Source of the DNA: Raillietiella orientalis
Taxonomy: Eukaryota
Assembly: GCA_036172245.1 (NCBI GenBank)
Contig: JAYWIR010000034.1
Coordinates: 1,984,001-2,048,000, forward strand
DNA: 64,000 bases
Reading direction: 5' to 3'
In this document: positions 1-13,368 of the stretch, piece after piece
Numbering within the stretch: the first letter of the stretch is position 1
How the letters are laid out: each line of letters begins with the position of its first letter
The notes under the pieces: generated by a model
Told to the model about the DNA's origin: nothing
The model's input: only the letters and a program-made list of their open reading frames with translations
Database searches by the model: none
Translations under genes and position numbers: made by a program

Positions 1-1064
1 ACGGAGTTGGTAAATGGTCCACCATCAACCCGACGTGGCGACGGAAACAACAACTGATAAAAAGACAAAACCTGAAGATCATCCCAAAAAGCAAAGAACT
101 CTGACAGGAGGAATCCACCCTGGTTATCTCGTGGATGCTCCCCGTGCAGGATGACACGAGGAGATGGATACACCAGCCATCCGGAGTTTGCTTGATACTG
201 AATCATGGACAAGACAAAGACACTTGCATCATTCTCGGGTACTTCGTTATGTCGAAAGGATCTCCGGCAGCTTCACACTCAGGACCCGCGAAGTGTGGAA
301 GAACCACCGCGACTTCGCGTGGTCCAGGGTAACGAAGAAGAACATTCGCCAACCAATAGACGAAGAACAAGACACCAGCGCCCTCTAAGATGCCGCCGAC
401 CGTTGCGCTAGTAGTGGATTTAATCCACTAGCGATTGGGACGGTGCTCTGAAGGAGTGATTTACCACCGGACACTCAGGATAACCTCCTCATGTTCTTCC
501 ATGGAGGCATCCTGAGTGGTTCCAGGATGAAGCTCTTCACAGGAAGAAGAGAGGAAGAAATCTGCAGAGCATGTGAAGGAATCGATACAACACGTCACGT
601 GCTGACCTGCCCCACATTGCAAGCCAAGTGGAATTCCCTAAAAAGGGTCATCGGGCTGTCCAATGCCTCGACCATGGAGGTCTTAGCAGGGATGTTCCAG
701 GGAACTGGAACGGTTCCCCGCTATAACCCCATGGTAAGAGTGACCATCGCCCTTTTCATCATCGCCATTATTGTGCGGTGGTGGAAGATGAGGACCACGA
801 GGACCACCATATCTCCCCTGGACATCCTGAAAGTGCTCATCCAGAGGGAGATCGGCATCAGAAACTGCGGACGAGTGCAGGCCTGGAACTACCGACACAT
901 CCAGAGAAGGATTGGAGGAAGCACCTAGGCTCAAACGACAGCCAGGTAATTAAGTGCAGTGAACTCTTCAGAGGCCCAAAGAAGCAGACTTCAAGTGAAC
1001 ACCATGAAATTGTAGTATGAATGAGAAAATAAATTTATCCCACCCCTTGTGGGACTTGGGGAAA
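1..1064 (+). mobile_element. 3' portion of an L1/Tx1-clade non-LTR retrotransposon (ORF2 C-terminal zinc finger plus 3' UTR), degenerate
   Basis: ORF 491-928 has a CCHC motif (CRACEGIDTTRHVLTCP) and the tail YNPMVRVTIALFI...EIGIRNCGR. These are homologous to the end of the APE-RT ORF2 at ~19700-19985 and to copies at ~4100-4520 and ~63850-64000. It ends with the shared AATAAA..CCCACC..GACTTGGG motif at 1028-1064. Confidence 0.8.
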
Positions 1065-3944
1065 CGTGATTTCTATGTCTATTTCATCATTTTCAAGATA
1101 TGTGCTTTGTTAAGGCAGTGTCTTGTAATGTTTCGTATCGAGCATTGTGTGGTACCTCTTCAGCTGCATGCATTCTGTTGTACTGGACATTACATTGTGC
1201 TGTCTTATAGTTTGGTATTTAGGATTATGAAGTTCTCATGTTCTCACTACACAGGGGCTTCTGGGCTACGTGCCTTCCCTCTCCAGTTGTTGCATGTGAG
1301 CAGATTTCAGTCCAAAGCAAATCGAAGCTGGGTGCAGCAAAGTTTAAGTGAAGCTGATTCCCGTGCTATAAAAGTGTTGAACTCTTTTCGTATCAATGGT
1401 TGCAGAAGCCCGATCTCTACAACCAGAGATTATTGACCATGGAAGCTGCTTTCCTCCTATCGAAGTTGGCTTTGTATGATACTCTGCACAAGTTGGATGC
1501 TAGATAGAGAAGAAACTTGTTTGGAAGCACTGGGTATTCTCACCTGCAGTAATTAGCATATTATTGAGCAAATAGATGCAATTAAAATAATCTGACTTCT
1601 ATCCATTACTGGCAAAACAAAGAAATGCAAAAGAAAAGTTCGAAATGAACTCATATTCCATGGTACAACAAACCGAAAAGCAAACTTGAAGATAAGGAGA
1701 GGCGTTCGGGTTTCCATAAGTGAAAATTTTATCAAACTATATGGTGCTTACAATATACTTTTTCTAAAATAGACCGTATAGTTTTTCTTTTTTTAAAAAA
1801 AAAAGGTATTGACTTGGGGAAAACTGAGGCAAATGAAACAAAACGTAATGTTACTACTACTAATTCATAAAAGCTGAGCATTCAAAAGATGACGTGGATC
1901 TCTGAGTTCGGAAAAAGGAACTGTGTGGACTGAAAATGTGTTGCAAGAAAGGACAGAGCATAGAGTTCTCAGGCATCTTTATAATATTCTCGAGAATACC
2001 TGAACGATCGACCTTTTGCACCTCCACAATGAGACTGAACACCATTTGTAGCTTTATAAATGTTCAGAAAGAGATTACCAAGTACTCCATTACTGTTGTG
2101 GATATCTATTTCACGAATACCTTTACACGATGGAACAGAAACAGTTAATTTTATTTACCGTGCTATGATTCTATATGTTATCAAAAATGAAATCTCATTG
2201 CCTTGTCTCGACGTTTCTCCTTTCTTCTAGCATCAGTTTCTTTTAACTTTCAAAGCATTCCTACCTGTGGATTGCTTTGAAAAGCTTTGTGGAATTTCAA
2301 ATTATTTACAGAGGTACTTAATAAGTACGTATTTTTCCTCACACCAATAGGGCAATAGTTCCTTTTCCGGATAAGCTGTCTTTTATGAAAAGAACTCACT
2401 TTTTAAACCAATAAAGATGTAGAGAAAGCATTAAAAGAAAGTATTGATTTTTCCTAGAGTTTATCTGTACTGTCTGCGCATTTCGAATGTACAGAGAACG
2501 TTATTCAGGTAGCAAGTATCATCTATAGCATCAGATATGTATTTCACCTTGGAGTGATGGTAAAAACGATTCAACAGCATATTATCGAATGCAAAGATAG
2601 CATATATCCGAAACGGACGATAAAATTAAATATCCAGTTACGAACATGGGAATGGATCGAAGTACTGGGACGTATTCACCCATCTGGAGCCAAAAAGTTA
2701 TAAAGACCAATTTCCACTGGTCATTCAGCCTTGACTCCTGAACTGATTTAGATTCTTGGGGACTTTGTAGGTCACGGAAACCGTAAGAGGCGAAATTGGT
2801 CGAGGTGCTCACCGACCAATGCATTTTTTGAAAGCTTTTGGTTTCAGAAGCTCTTAACTACATATCTGCTTTTCCAAAAGTATTACCGAAAAAAAATCCG
2901 AAATCTAAGAAATACAAGAATTCACACAGAAATACCAAATAATGTATGTTTCTGACATCGGGTTAGAAATCTGTATTGCAACAAGTTAAGAATGCCGACC
3001 AGAATACTGGTTTTCAAACGAGGGATTTTGCTGGGGAAAGTGTACCAGCAATATGGAACACTGCGGACCAGAAAAGGACCAGAAAAGCATGTATCTGAAG
3101 CAACTTCCGGGCTCCCAAAGCCATCCAATTGGTGACATCACTTGGATCGAAGGATAGTACAGTCCTATAGTACAGTCATGCCGTTCACTAGACTTTAAAA
3201 GTTTCCGGTGAGAATGGAATGCAGGAGTGCTTGCAAACCCATCGGAAGATTGTGCATGATCTACGGAAATCGCTGAGTGCACTGCCAAAGTTCCATAGTT
3301 ATCAAAATGGTTTGAGAGTAACGGTTTCATACCAACTTCAGAAGACTTTCTTATCCTCCCGTGGGAAAAAGAAGACCCATGTACTTCCAGGAGACAAGAC
3401 CCCAACCTGCAGGATTTTGTTGTTGGAAAAACCTGGTTGTTTTGTCACTATTGTCTTTATTTACCAAGCCACTTACATGAGAAAAATCAGCTCGCTAAGG
3501 GTCAGAAAGTTAGCTCGTCTTTGGTGTTTTGAGAACAGTTGCATAAATCGTTCATTGGTGTCCGGACTCTTTGAAACCTTCCAATATCATCCGACAAGAA
3601 AGATTCAGATGATTTCATTTGAGTTAGTCGCGTCACATTGGGCTAAAATTCAAGACAGCTTACTTTAATCATGATGCAGACTATGAGAAAGGTCAGAAAT
3701 TCCAGAAAAGAAATCATTAAAAGCTTAAAAAATCCAGAAGAAATTAACATTCGTCATAATAGGATACCATTCGTTACGACTTGAAATAATTAACACAGAA
3801 GTACTTCCATCTTTACTCCTAAAGAAACTTTGCAATCTTGTAAAAAAAAAAAAAAATACAGTATTGAAAAAAAAAATGTCTTTCCAAAGGTACAACTCAT
3901 CCGTTACGTGTTACTTTGTAAGCAAGTTATCCCAACTGTACAAA

Positions 3945-4731
3945 GTGACGAAGACGGCGGACAGCACATTGCACATTTGGAACTGTCTTGGAGCGATGTC
4001 TTGGACGACGCCCTCGATGCAGCCTCGAGCCGCCACGGACTCGCGCACGCAAACGTGCAGGCGGCAGGGGCTGCACTCGAGAGGAGCGACCTCTCCCAGG
4101 ACGACTGTTCTATCACGGAGGGATCCCGAGTGGTTTCCAAACTGCAACACTGGACCGGGAACATCCAGGATGGATTCTGCAAGGCGTGTGGAGCGGAAGA
4201 AAAGCAGCTCCACGTGATCACCTGTCCCATGCTGCGACCGGATAGGAAGGCGGTGAACTGCCTGCAGAGAAGACGGAAATTACTGTGGCGGGTTTGTTTC
4301 AGGGGAGCGGGATCGCTCCCCTCTACAGCCCCATGGTTCTTGCCCTCTTCATTGCAGCAATTGTGATCAGAAGAGGAAAGATTCATGCGTCCGGACGAAG
4401 AGTACCGGCATTGGAGATCCTGAAAGGACTGGTGATAAAAGAGATAGGAATCAGGAGTTGCGGAAGGATCCCAGCCTGGACGTATCTCCAAATCCTCATG
4501 AAGATGGACAAATACGCCTGAGTAAGAGGAACAATCCCCGGCTCACTCTGAAACCAAACTTCAAAAAGACGCCAAAGAAAGAAAGTGAAGTGAAACGAAC
4601 GGTGGAGAGCGAAACCAGTGCAGCTGTTCGTGGTGAAAAGATCGAAAGGACAGAAAAGACTGATAGTTGTATGTTAAAAGTTTCAACTTTGTCTTCAATA
4701 AATTCACCCCACCGCTTGTCAGACCTGGGGA
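3945..4731 (+). mobile_element. 5'-truncated copy of the same L1/Tx1-like LINE family
   Basis: Frameshifted C-terminus FCKACGAEEKQLHVITCP and YSPMVLALFIAAIVIRRGK...EIGIRSCGRIPAWTY (ORFs 3830-4366 and 4285-4521). The terminal motif is at 4697-4731. The 5' boundary is approximate. Confidence 0.78.
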
Positions 4732-5958
4732 CCATCTTGCAACACGGAAACCTCCTCGAGCACCGTGCGCAAAAGGAACCGTGTGTAGTTGGAAACGGCA
4801 GAAAAAACAAACGGTTCCTAATGAGAAATGGTTTAAGTGGTGAAAATACACTTCAAGAAATAAAAAGACAGAAAGGTGGATTGCGAAATACATCACACTG
4901 GAGTTTCAATTGCTGGATATTCACAAGCAATTAACGTAAAATTGATGTAGGGAAAGGGCAAGCTTCATCGATGGAATCCAAGCAAGGTACCTTGATACTA
5001 TCAAAAATGTTTCGAAGGAACGCTCAAGGAACATCCCTGAAAGTTTTTCTAAACATACAATCGAACAATATATAACTATGTTTCTTTTTTTTAAAAAAAA
5101 AACCTTAATTCCTCCACAGCAGTTGAACATTTCCTCCACAGTCTCCATTGAACAGTTTTAAAGGATTAGGAGTTCAAATCAAATGGAAACTGAATTTCGA
5201 GCAAGGCTTTAATTACGATTGCGATAAATCTCCCAAATCAGATGGCCCACAAAATGACATTTTGAATGAAAGCTAAAGCTAACTGCGCTGAAAACATCGT
5301 TTTCAACCGAGATAATAGACATCAAACTCAGAAAATGAATCAGGCATAAAATATGGATAATATAAAACATGGTTGCATTTGCTCTGAATGAACATCACCC
5401 CCAAAATCCACACCACCACATTCAGTGACATTTGTAACTATACATCTCTCCAACAAGCACATGTCAAAAATTCATTTCTTGAGTTACGCCAATTTTCATT
5501 TTGTCTTCTGTGAATACAAATCCATTATCACTTTGCAAAACGTATCATTTGCAAATTCAGGATTATGTAGCTATATGCATGTCTGCATCACATTTTGGAA
5601 TATTGCAACAAATTGAAACCATGTTATATGCACCTATAAAGACAGTCTCATGACTTCACGTTTCCAATTGGAACTAGGTCTCCTTATTCAAGTAATCTTA
5701 GGTCTTAACCGCTGGTGTTTATTCATAAAAAACTGCAAAGCATTCTAAGTAAAACTGGTGACCTTAATTACATTTCATGGTTGAGTCTTAGTGTAAGTAT
5801 GAGCTTGAACTTTCTCAAACTTCAAACAAGAAAACGAAATTGATGTTTGGAACAGGGATTGAACCCTTAATTTCCAATTTAATCGCTTTCACTTTTTGCT
5901 GACATGAGATGCTACACAGACACATATTCACATATTAAAATAAATGAGAATTGGAATA

Positions 5959-8758
5959 TTAAGTAAGAAGAGCATGGAATTTTTTTTGAATCCTTGCTGA
6001 TCGGGGCTGGTAAGGACTTTCATATGGTACTTTATGAGCAAACACACGCGCATTTAAAGTTCGTAATTTCCCACTAGTTGAGTATGAACCTTGGGTACAC
6101 TGACTTGGAGTTATTGATCTAGCAGTTAAGGGAGCATTGAGTCTTGGTGATTTACGCAAAGGTGGACCGAAATTTCCACGTTCCCTTTTTCTAGAGTTCT
6201 GTAAACAAGCAACATGAAAAGAGCCAAAACAATAAATAAGGACCCTTACTGTTTCCTTGAAAACGGTAGTACTGTTACTGTTATCCTGACGAGAAAGCAA
6301 AGACCTCTGAAACTGAATTTATTGTTTCCTTAAAAGAGTGCTCACCAAAAAGTCACCATAAGTTGTTTTATCTGCTTGCAAAACATTATCACAGGGATTG
6401 ACATTAACATTTTCATTAGATGCGAACACAGGCATTGCTTTCCTTGTATTCGAAAGTTTGCTTTGTGAAGAAGGTTGATTCATATCAAAAGGACTCATCA
6501 TTCTCTTTTTGTGTGAGCTACCCAGTTTGTTTGCACCTGTTTTTTTCTGAGCTTGGGTCTATTTTAGAATGTATATTTGCTGTACTTTGTCAACATACTT
6601 ACGTTTTGTTTTTCATTTTCTTTATCAGCCAACAACACATTATAACGGTCAGCTAGATATTCTTCGAAAGGCTTATCAGCAATCCTGAATGTTTGGTTAT
6701 GTTCATTTTCCCAAACCTCAATGTCAGATCGTAGTTTCTTTTCAAGAAAGGGAATTTCTTTCTGAATGTGGCGACGATCCCTTTCTTCTTTTAAAAGAGC
6801 ACCTCCACGGTTATGCAATCTGTCAGGATTTTTCTTGTTTTGTTCCATAAAAAGCAAATGACTCCATAACTTGTCCCACTTATTCAGAATTCTGTAAAAA
6901 TCACTCATCTCTTCATAGAAGTTTTTAACACGTTCTAACTCATCCTCATGCTTCTTCAGCAACTCCTCTGAGAATTCCTCTGAAAAAATGGTATTACAGC
7001 CCACATCATCTGTTTTGGTATATAGTTACCACTATGAAAATCAGGGAAGTTAGTTTGTTGAGGACCCCAAAAGCACTGACTCCAGTAGACTTTCAATTCC
7101 TCCCGAATTTCTTTCACAAAATCTTCAATCTTTTCACACTTTAGCTTTTCTAAACTTGTCAATTCCTCTTGCATCTAATTTATGTGTTAAATACGAGCTA
7201 CACCATAATGTCCTACCTTTGAAACTGTGGACAGTGATAAACTATTACACTGGGCGTGGAACTGATCACGATACTCCTTTGGTGTTTTCAGACGGTCCCA
7301 AAGGATTTTAATTTTTTGCATCATGTCCCCAACTGTTTGCATTCGATCTTGCCTGACCTTCTGCAAGGTTTCTTCAAGATCCTAAAAATGTGAGGATTGA
7401 AAATAAACTGTGACAATGGAAATAACACATTACTTGCAGCTTTTGGAAATTTTCAGCAGTTAAAATAAATTCTTCCGCAGGCCCATTGATAGCTTCCTTT
7501 TCAAAATCATCAAATGAATCATAATCCAGCTGCTGAATGATAGCATGTATCCTTTCTCGTAATTGAATTAGTTCTTGCATTTTCAAAGTCTACAAACATG
7601 ACTGCATGGTATGGTCTGTTACTCAGAATCATACCTCTTTCTTTTCCAACTGCGAGACATGTCTTGCCATCTTGTCCAAATAATCCTCATCAGGTACATC
7701 ATCTGGAGACAATGGGAAACAAGGGAGCTGTAATCGATAAGTAAGAGAAACTTCCTTATTGCGTAACTGGTGATAATGATTTAGGCGCTTGTTCTTCATT
7801 TGTTCTAGGACCTCATGTTCAGTTTTCAATTTATTTTGTTTCTGGATTAAACTCAATCCATCCAGATTTACTGAAAAAAAAGAAATGAATGTTTCTAATT
7901 AACAAGCAGTTCACTGATGGTGTCAGATGATTAATAATCATGTTATATTTCCCAGTAAGAAAGTATCTAACAGAACATCAGAGGAGAAAAACTGCTACAT
8001 TTCTTGAACGTACTGATTTGAATCCCTACTGTTAGCTTGTCAAAGAAAAAACAAATGCAAACAATAGATCACATGTAGGTACACTGTAGGCACTTCATAT
8101 TGTGCTTCTCAATCTTCTGTTTGATAGCAGTTTTTAAATTTGTGCAATGTTTACTATTTTATATTCTGATCACTCTTTGAGTAAAAAGTATTTTTTTTAA
8201 GGCTGAAAACAGGCCATCAATAATAATTCAAGCATGAGTTAATAGTACTACAACGCGATAAGCATGTATTACTTTGTATAGCTTTTCTGAAGGCCAAAAG
8301 TTCATGTTTGATGAAATTCACTTTAAAGAAAGCTGTTGCCAAATTTTACATGTTGCATTGGCTCCAAAATAATAGCTTTACAATCTTTCAGGCATGCAAC
8401 ACAACAAAGAGAAAAATTATGATTTTCTACTTCACATACTATTTTGCTCCAGGTGTAACTGATTCAATAATAAACTGAGAGCTAATTTGAGATCTTCTAC
8501 ATTTTTGCATACAGTGTCACTCATTTCCTTTTCATCTTGAAGCATAGCTGAAACTAAATCCTAGAAAAGGTACACAAACAAATAATAACTAAAATTACAA
8601 ACTTGTATGCAGACCTTAATGCATTTTATAGCTATGTTAATTCTAGAGGTTCTTTGTTGTTGTGTCAGACCAACATATTGCCATATAGAAAATAACTCAG
8701 AAAAAGTACTTTCCACTGTCAGCATAACTTCACTGACTGCTTCAACAAGATCACCCAT
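5959..8758 (-). CDS. PRC1: Protein regulator of cytokinesis 1 (PRC1/Ase1/Feo, MAP65 family), ~10 coding exons
   Basis: GT-AG exons join in frame: 8758-8615, 8560-8440, 7870-7635, 7589-7434, 7381-7217, 7174-7030, 6979-6603, 6558-6346, 6306-6250, 6198-5959. Family motifs are ELFSIWQYVG, IREELKVYWSQCF, SEELLKKHEDEL and DRLHNRGGALLKEER. The basic C-terminal exons are less certain. Confidence 0.88.
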
Positions 8759-10699
8759 TATTACCAATGCTCAAATAGAAAACTCGCTTAACTTATGGAT
8801 TACTTTAAATTTGGATCAAAAACTGAGCTTCTCATGTTGAGTGTCACCTAGAAAAATACATCAGTTTACATGCATTTTACTGAACATACTTCATGAACAA
8901 ATCTTACTGAAAAACAATAACATAAGCCGTAGAACATATTCAATCTCATTATCTTAGGATATTTTATAATTTTCTTACATATTATGTACTTTACATTGAA
9001 TACGTGTTAAAATCCCAACTGTACATATTACAGAATTAATCAAAATGAGAAAAACAGAAAAGGTTAAAATACGAACAAATATGAGAATTTAATGAGTTCA
9101 TGGATCAAAATACAGTACTCATTGTTTCTTGAATATTTTAAATATTCAGTGACCCGTTATTATCTAAACTCGTCCTTAATAACTATTGGTGATTTATACC
9201 TTATTAGAAGAACTAGATATTTACAAACCGAAATTTACAAACTGTTTCGTCAAATGACTGGATCAATTTATCATTTTGTTTATTCTTATGAAGTTTAGGT
9301 CGGTTTCTTATTTTTTTTATGTTAAGAATTTTAAATTATAGTTCTTCATTATCCTTGCTAAAAGCCACAGAAAACATAACCACAAAAGCGTTAGTAAAAG
9401 GTCGGGTTACGTTTCGTTTGACTACTTAATGCATACACATCAAAACACACACATTGCTCACAACAGTCACAAAAACCTCTTTTCGAACCCCGGACGTACT
9501 CACAAGCTTGTTGCAACGAGACCATAATCGTTTCGCAATTCAAACGGGCGCTACAGAAGAATTCGTTGATCAATACAAGGCTACCAAGTGTTCAAATTCA
9601 CACCGACAAATCACAGTTGCTTCAAATCTAAATGTAAATGAGCACATGAACATGCAAAAACATACGCATTGTCAATAATAATTAGGGATACATCACGATG
9701 ACTCTTTGTTAGAACAGGTTATTTATTTCAAAAGCAAATTCACTTGCCGCCAAATATAATTTTAAACATCAACTGAATTTGGTGTATTGGTTTTGCGATA
9801 TCTTCGTATATATGATAGCACAAGGCAAAATATTATTTGATAATCTTGAAAAATGCCCCCGAACTTTTGCCACGGAAGGATCAGTTTGGAAAAAATGGTA
9901 ACTTTTTTTTTTTTATCTTGTACATTTGGAGTGATAAGTAAGCAACAGCTAACATTGAGAATAGATAAAACATTAATGTTTTCAGCGGTGTCTGTGTCGA
10001 GCAATACCTCCACAGTGCACACAGGCAGCAGAAGAAGCAAATCGTCTATATTGTTTCCTTACTTTCTTCTCAATGTTGAGAATTCAAATTCAAAGTTTAT
10101 TGTGTCTTTTCGAAAAAAATTAAAAAGCCCCCAATTCCAGAAGATAAATTACATAAATGTATCCTCTTTATAGTTTAGTTTAAACGTGAGCTTATATTTC
10201 TCTTTTAACTGGGAAATCAATTACAGATAATATTTTAGCATTTTCATTTGAGGAAAAAGCCGATGGATTTAGCAGCTGAATTTTTCTGCCATTTATAGTA
10301 GGCATGCAAAACATGGTTTTGTTGCAGTCACCTTCTATCTGTGGGTCTGCAATCGTGACCAGGAAAGTGTAATCACGTTGGAATTCGAATCCTTACATAT
10401 CGATTTATGATTTTGAACTTTGTTTTCATAAGATTTGTGTTTCAACTTTTCTAACTCCAGAGTTGCTGAATTGTAATACTCTATTCTTAGCCAAAAGTAT
10501 TTCCGATCGAGCTTAAACAAAGTTTAAAGTCAAGTTCCAATTAAGGGTATTTCAAAGTTTTGGGGAATATGTGGGCAAGAAAAGAGAAAGCTCTTTACTG
10601 CTACTACTTTCTTTCTATTGGAATTTTCTGCAGTTACAAATTCTTTGGTGGACTGTTTTCGAGGCTGAGATGCTTTATAGGCAAGCTGATTGATAATCA

Positions 10700-11400
10700 A
10701 GCTGATGGTTCCTGAAGTCCATGATGATTCAGTGAGAACATGTAAACTTATTGGTTGAAAACTTAAATATGGATAACTGTACAGGACGAAGGGTCATGAG
10801 AAAAATACATAGGTATCCAGAAAGTAGACGTATGGAAATATCTACTAGCAAGCACTCGAAATAAAAGTGGATAAAGATATTCATGAAATTGGATTTGAGT
10901 AAAAAAAAAAAAAAACATCCAAAGAATGAGTGAAAATTTCTTACTTTTCTTGATAACTATAGTGTGAAGTGCAGAGTCTGTATATGGAAAGAGAGATGCA
11001 AGCGGAAAATTGAATGATGGGTTATTTTGGCGAGACAGGTATGTATTGATAAAGGGATTTCTAAGGATAAGGAGAATGTTAAATATGCAAAGATAAAGGT
11101 TTTCAAGTAGGACTGAAGCAATAAAAAGGAACAACAAAGGAATGCATAGCTTGAGGAAATTACAATGTGTGATTTCTTTGTGCCTTAGTCAATTTTGGAG
11201 TAAGAAAGCTGAGAGCTTATCTAAACCGTTGTGTAGGTACACATAAAACAGAAATCAATCTGATGAAACGTTAATGTAAACACCAAAGTCTCTTGATGTC
11301 TTGAACTCCTGAAATGGGAAACTTCGTTTTTTCTCTTCCATAGCTTTCACCATGCAGGTGTTCTTGAAACAGAATTCGTTTGTCAACATAAATAAGGATT
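10700..11400 (-). mobile_element. Possible highly decayed CR1/L2-like LINE RT fragment
   Basis: The minus strand near 11270-11320 reads RDFGVYI, resembling the RT thumb motif (K/R)DLGV.I. There is no continuous ORF. Confidence 0.25.
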
Positions 11401-11559
11401 CCTCTTTGAAAACTAGAACATTGATTGGTTCCTAAATGAATAAAGGTTAATGCATGGTTTCCTGGATGTCATACAAGTAGAAAGGAGATGTAGGCTGAGG
11501 GAGAGGTGTGCTCCTGACACTCTTCTCAGGAGATCCCCCGAGGGGAGTCAACAAGCAGC

Positions 11560-11858
11560 TCCGTGGCACGGCTCCGTTTTCGCAACCGGAGGGGAACAGC
11601 CCTGAAGGGCTCCTTGAGCTATCCTTCCAGGATAGCTCAGTGATAGCTCTCGACTTTCGATCTCGACCAGTCAACGGGAGCACTGGTTTCCACCAGTGCC
11701 GTACCCATAGACTACAGATCATCCCCGCGGTGGACACTAGAAACCCACTCCCCCCTCCCCTCTCTTCCTCCGTTCTCGGCGTCGACGCTTCTTCTCCGGG
11801 CGGGATTCGATCCCGCGGCGCTTGGTGATGCTGCTCGCGGCCGCATGGCCTCCAACTT
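11560..11858 (-). repeat. tRNA-derived SINE-like repeat, copy 1
   Basis: The minus strand has an A-box-like AGGCCATGCGG (11851-11841) and a T-arm GCGGG-ATCGAAT-CCCGC (11816-11800). The body blocks GTCGACGCCGAGAA and GGGTACGGCACTGGT are shared with copies 2 and 3. Confidence 0.65.
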
Positions 11859-13368
11859 ACGGGAAGACTTGAAATGTGCGGCTGGAAACGCAGTCTGTAG
11901 GGGGCGGATGCTGCAGCGGAAGCGTTCCTCCTACTCTCTCTCGCTCCTGCCGCCGCTCAGGCCCGGCCCTGCTCGAAGGTTTATTTTGCGCTTCTCAGAC
12001 AAATGGTCGAACGGCCAGGGATGAGGAGACCCCGGGGGGACGCACGAGTGACTTTGTCATCGCTGCGGAATGTGCAAGAGTGTTCTCTTCCCGGGAGCGA
12101 GCGGGAGGAGGAACACCTCCTGGATCATCTTCCCGCGACGACCGCGCACCCCCGGATGAAGAAGGGAGGAAAAGGGGAAGGGGGATGGGAAGCTCTCGTG
12201 TTTCCTGGTGTTGTCTGAATCGCCCGAGTCGCCGTCACCCTCCTTCCCTGGAAATCGAGAGGTCGCACCTTTCGGACGCGAAATAGACCACCAGGTGCGC
12301 TAGTGAGCGCGGACTGCTCGGTGGGCGAGGCATCTCGGCCCCTTTTTTTTTTATTTCAGCAAGTAACGATGGCCACCTTCCCCCATACAAACGGAAAGCC
12401 GCCTTTACATTGTAATACAAAATATGCTCGGCTGCTTCCCTCGCCCGGAAGCGGAGCGAGCTGCTCAGAGTGCGTGTTGCGGCTTGACCCAATAGCAGCG
12501 CGGCTACCGCCACACCGCTGGTGAGAATAACCCGTATCCGATCACTCCCCTCCCCCACCTGCGCTCCCACGAGGTCCCCAATTGCGGGTCGGCTCGACGA
12601 GGGAAGCACGCAACCGCGTGGCTCAAGGTAACCTGCAACGGGGGCTGCAGAGAACCCAGTCCTACACGTGAGTCAACGTCTCCTTCGAAGGGACCGCTGT
12701 TCGTCGTGCAGACGGTTGCGGCATGCTGGCGCTTTTCCTTGAGTGCGAAGCGGAACGTCAATCTCCGCCTCCTTTCGCCATGCCTCTTCCGGGCGCCGTT
12801 GCTGAGCGCCCGCGGGGACGCCCGACGTCTCTTGAGGTTGTGGGGTACGTTCGGCGGACGCTACCCAGGTCGTGGGAGACGCTGCTCGCCTCGGAGAAAG
12901 GTCCTCCCACCAGCCGGTGTGGCAGGCGCGAGAGCGCCACGTCCCGGGCAGCGCCCTACCCACCACGAGCACCGGTGCTCGCCGGGCGCCCCCGCAGACG
13001 ACTTCGCACCGAGCACTCATGAACCGTCGCTTTACCGCCCGACGGGCATCGGAGCGGCTCGAGGACGACGACGACGTACGGGGGGGTCACGGGGTTCGTT
13101 TCACTGCCACGCCACCCAGGGACGCAGTTGGGAGAGGTTCGGTCAGGAGAGGGACCACCCGAAGGGAGAGTTCGGAGATAGAGTCCGCTCCCCTTCCCCC
13201 TTCGGAGGGGCTCCTGATTCACCCCTCCGAAGAGAACCCGTAAGGGGACACTTCCAGTTTCTCCGCGGAGAGCTTCCCCGGGGAGAGCATGCTTCCTACA
13301 AACGAGAGCGGGGGGGTCCCCGGGGGAGGGTGGGAACCGACCCTACGACACGGGCTGGAGGGTTGCCC

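Noticed and set aside
2580..3700. ORFs 2986-3405 and 3219-3668, possible RT debris
   Set aside because: Only faint motif echoes (VPAIWNTA, YSPI), too weak to call.
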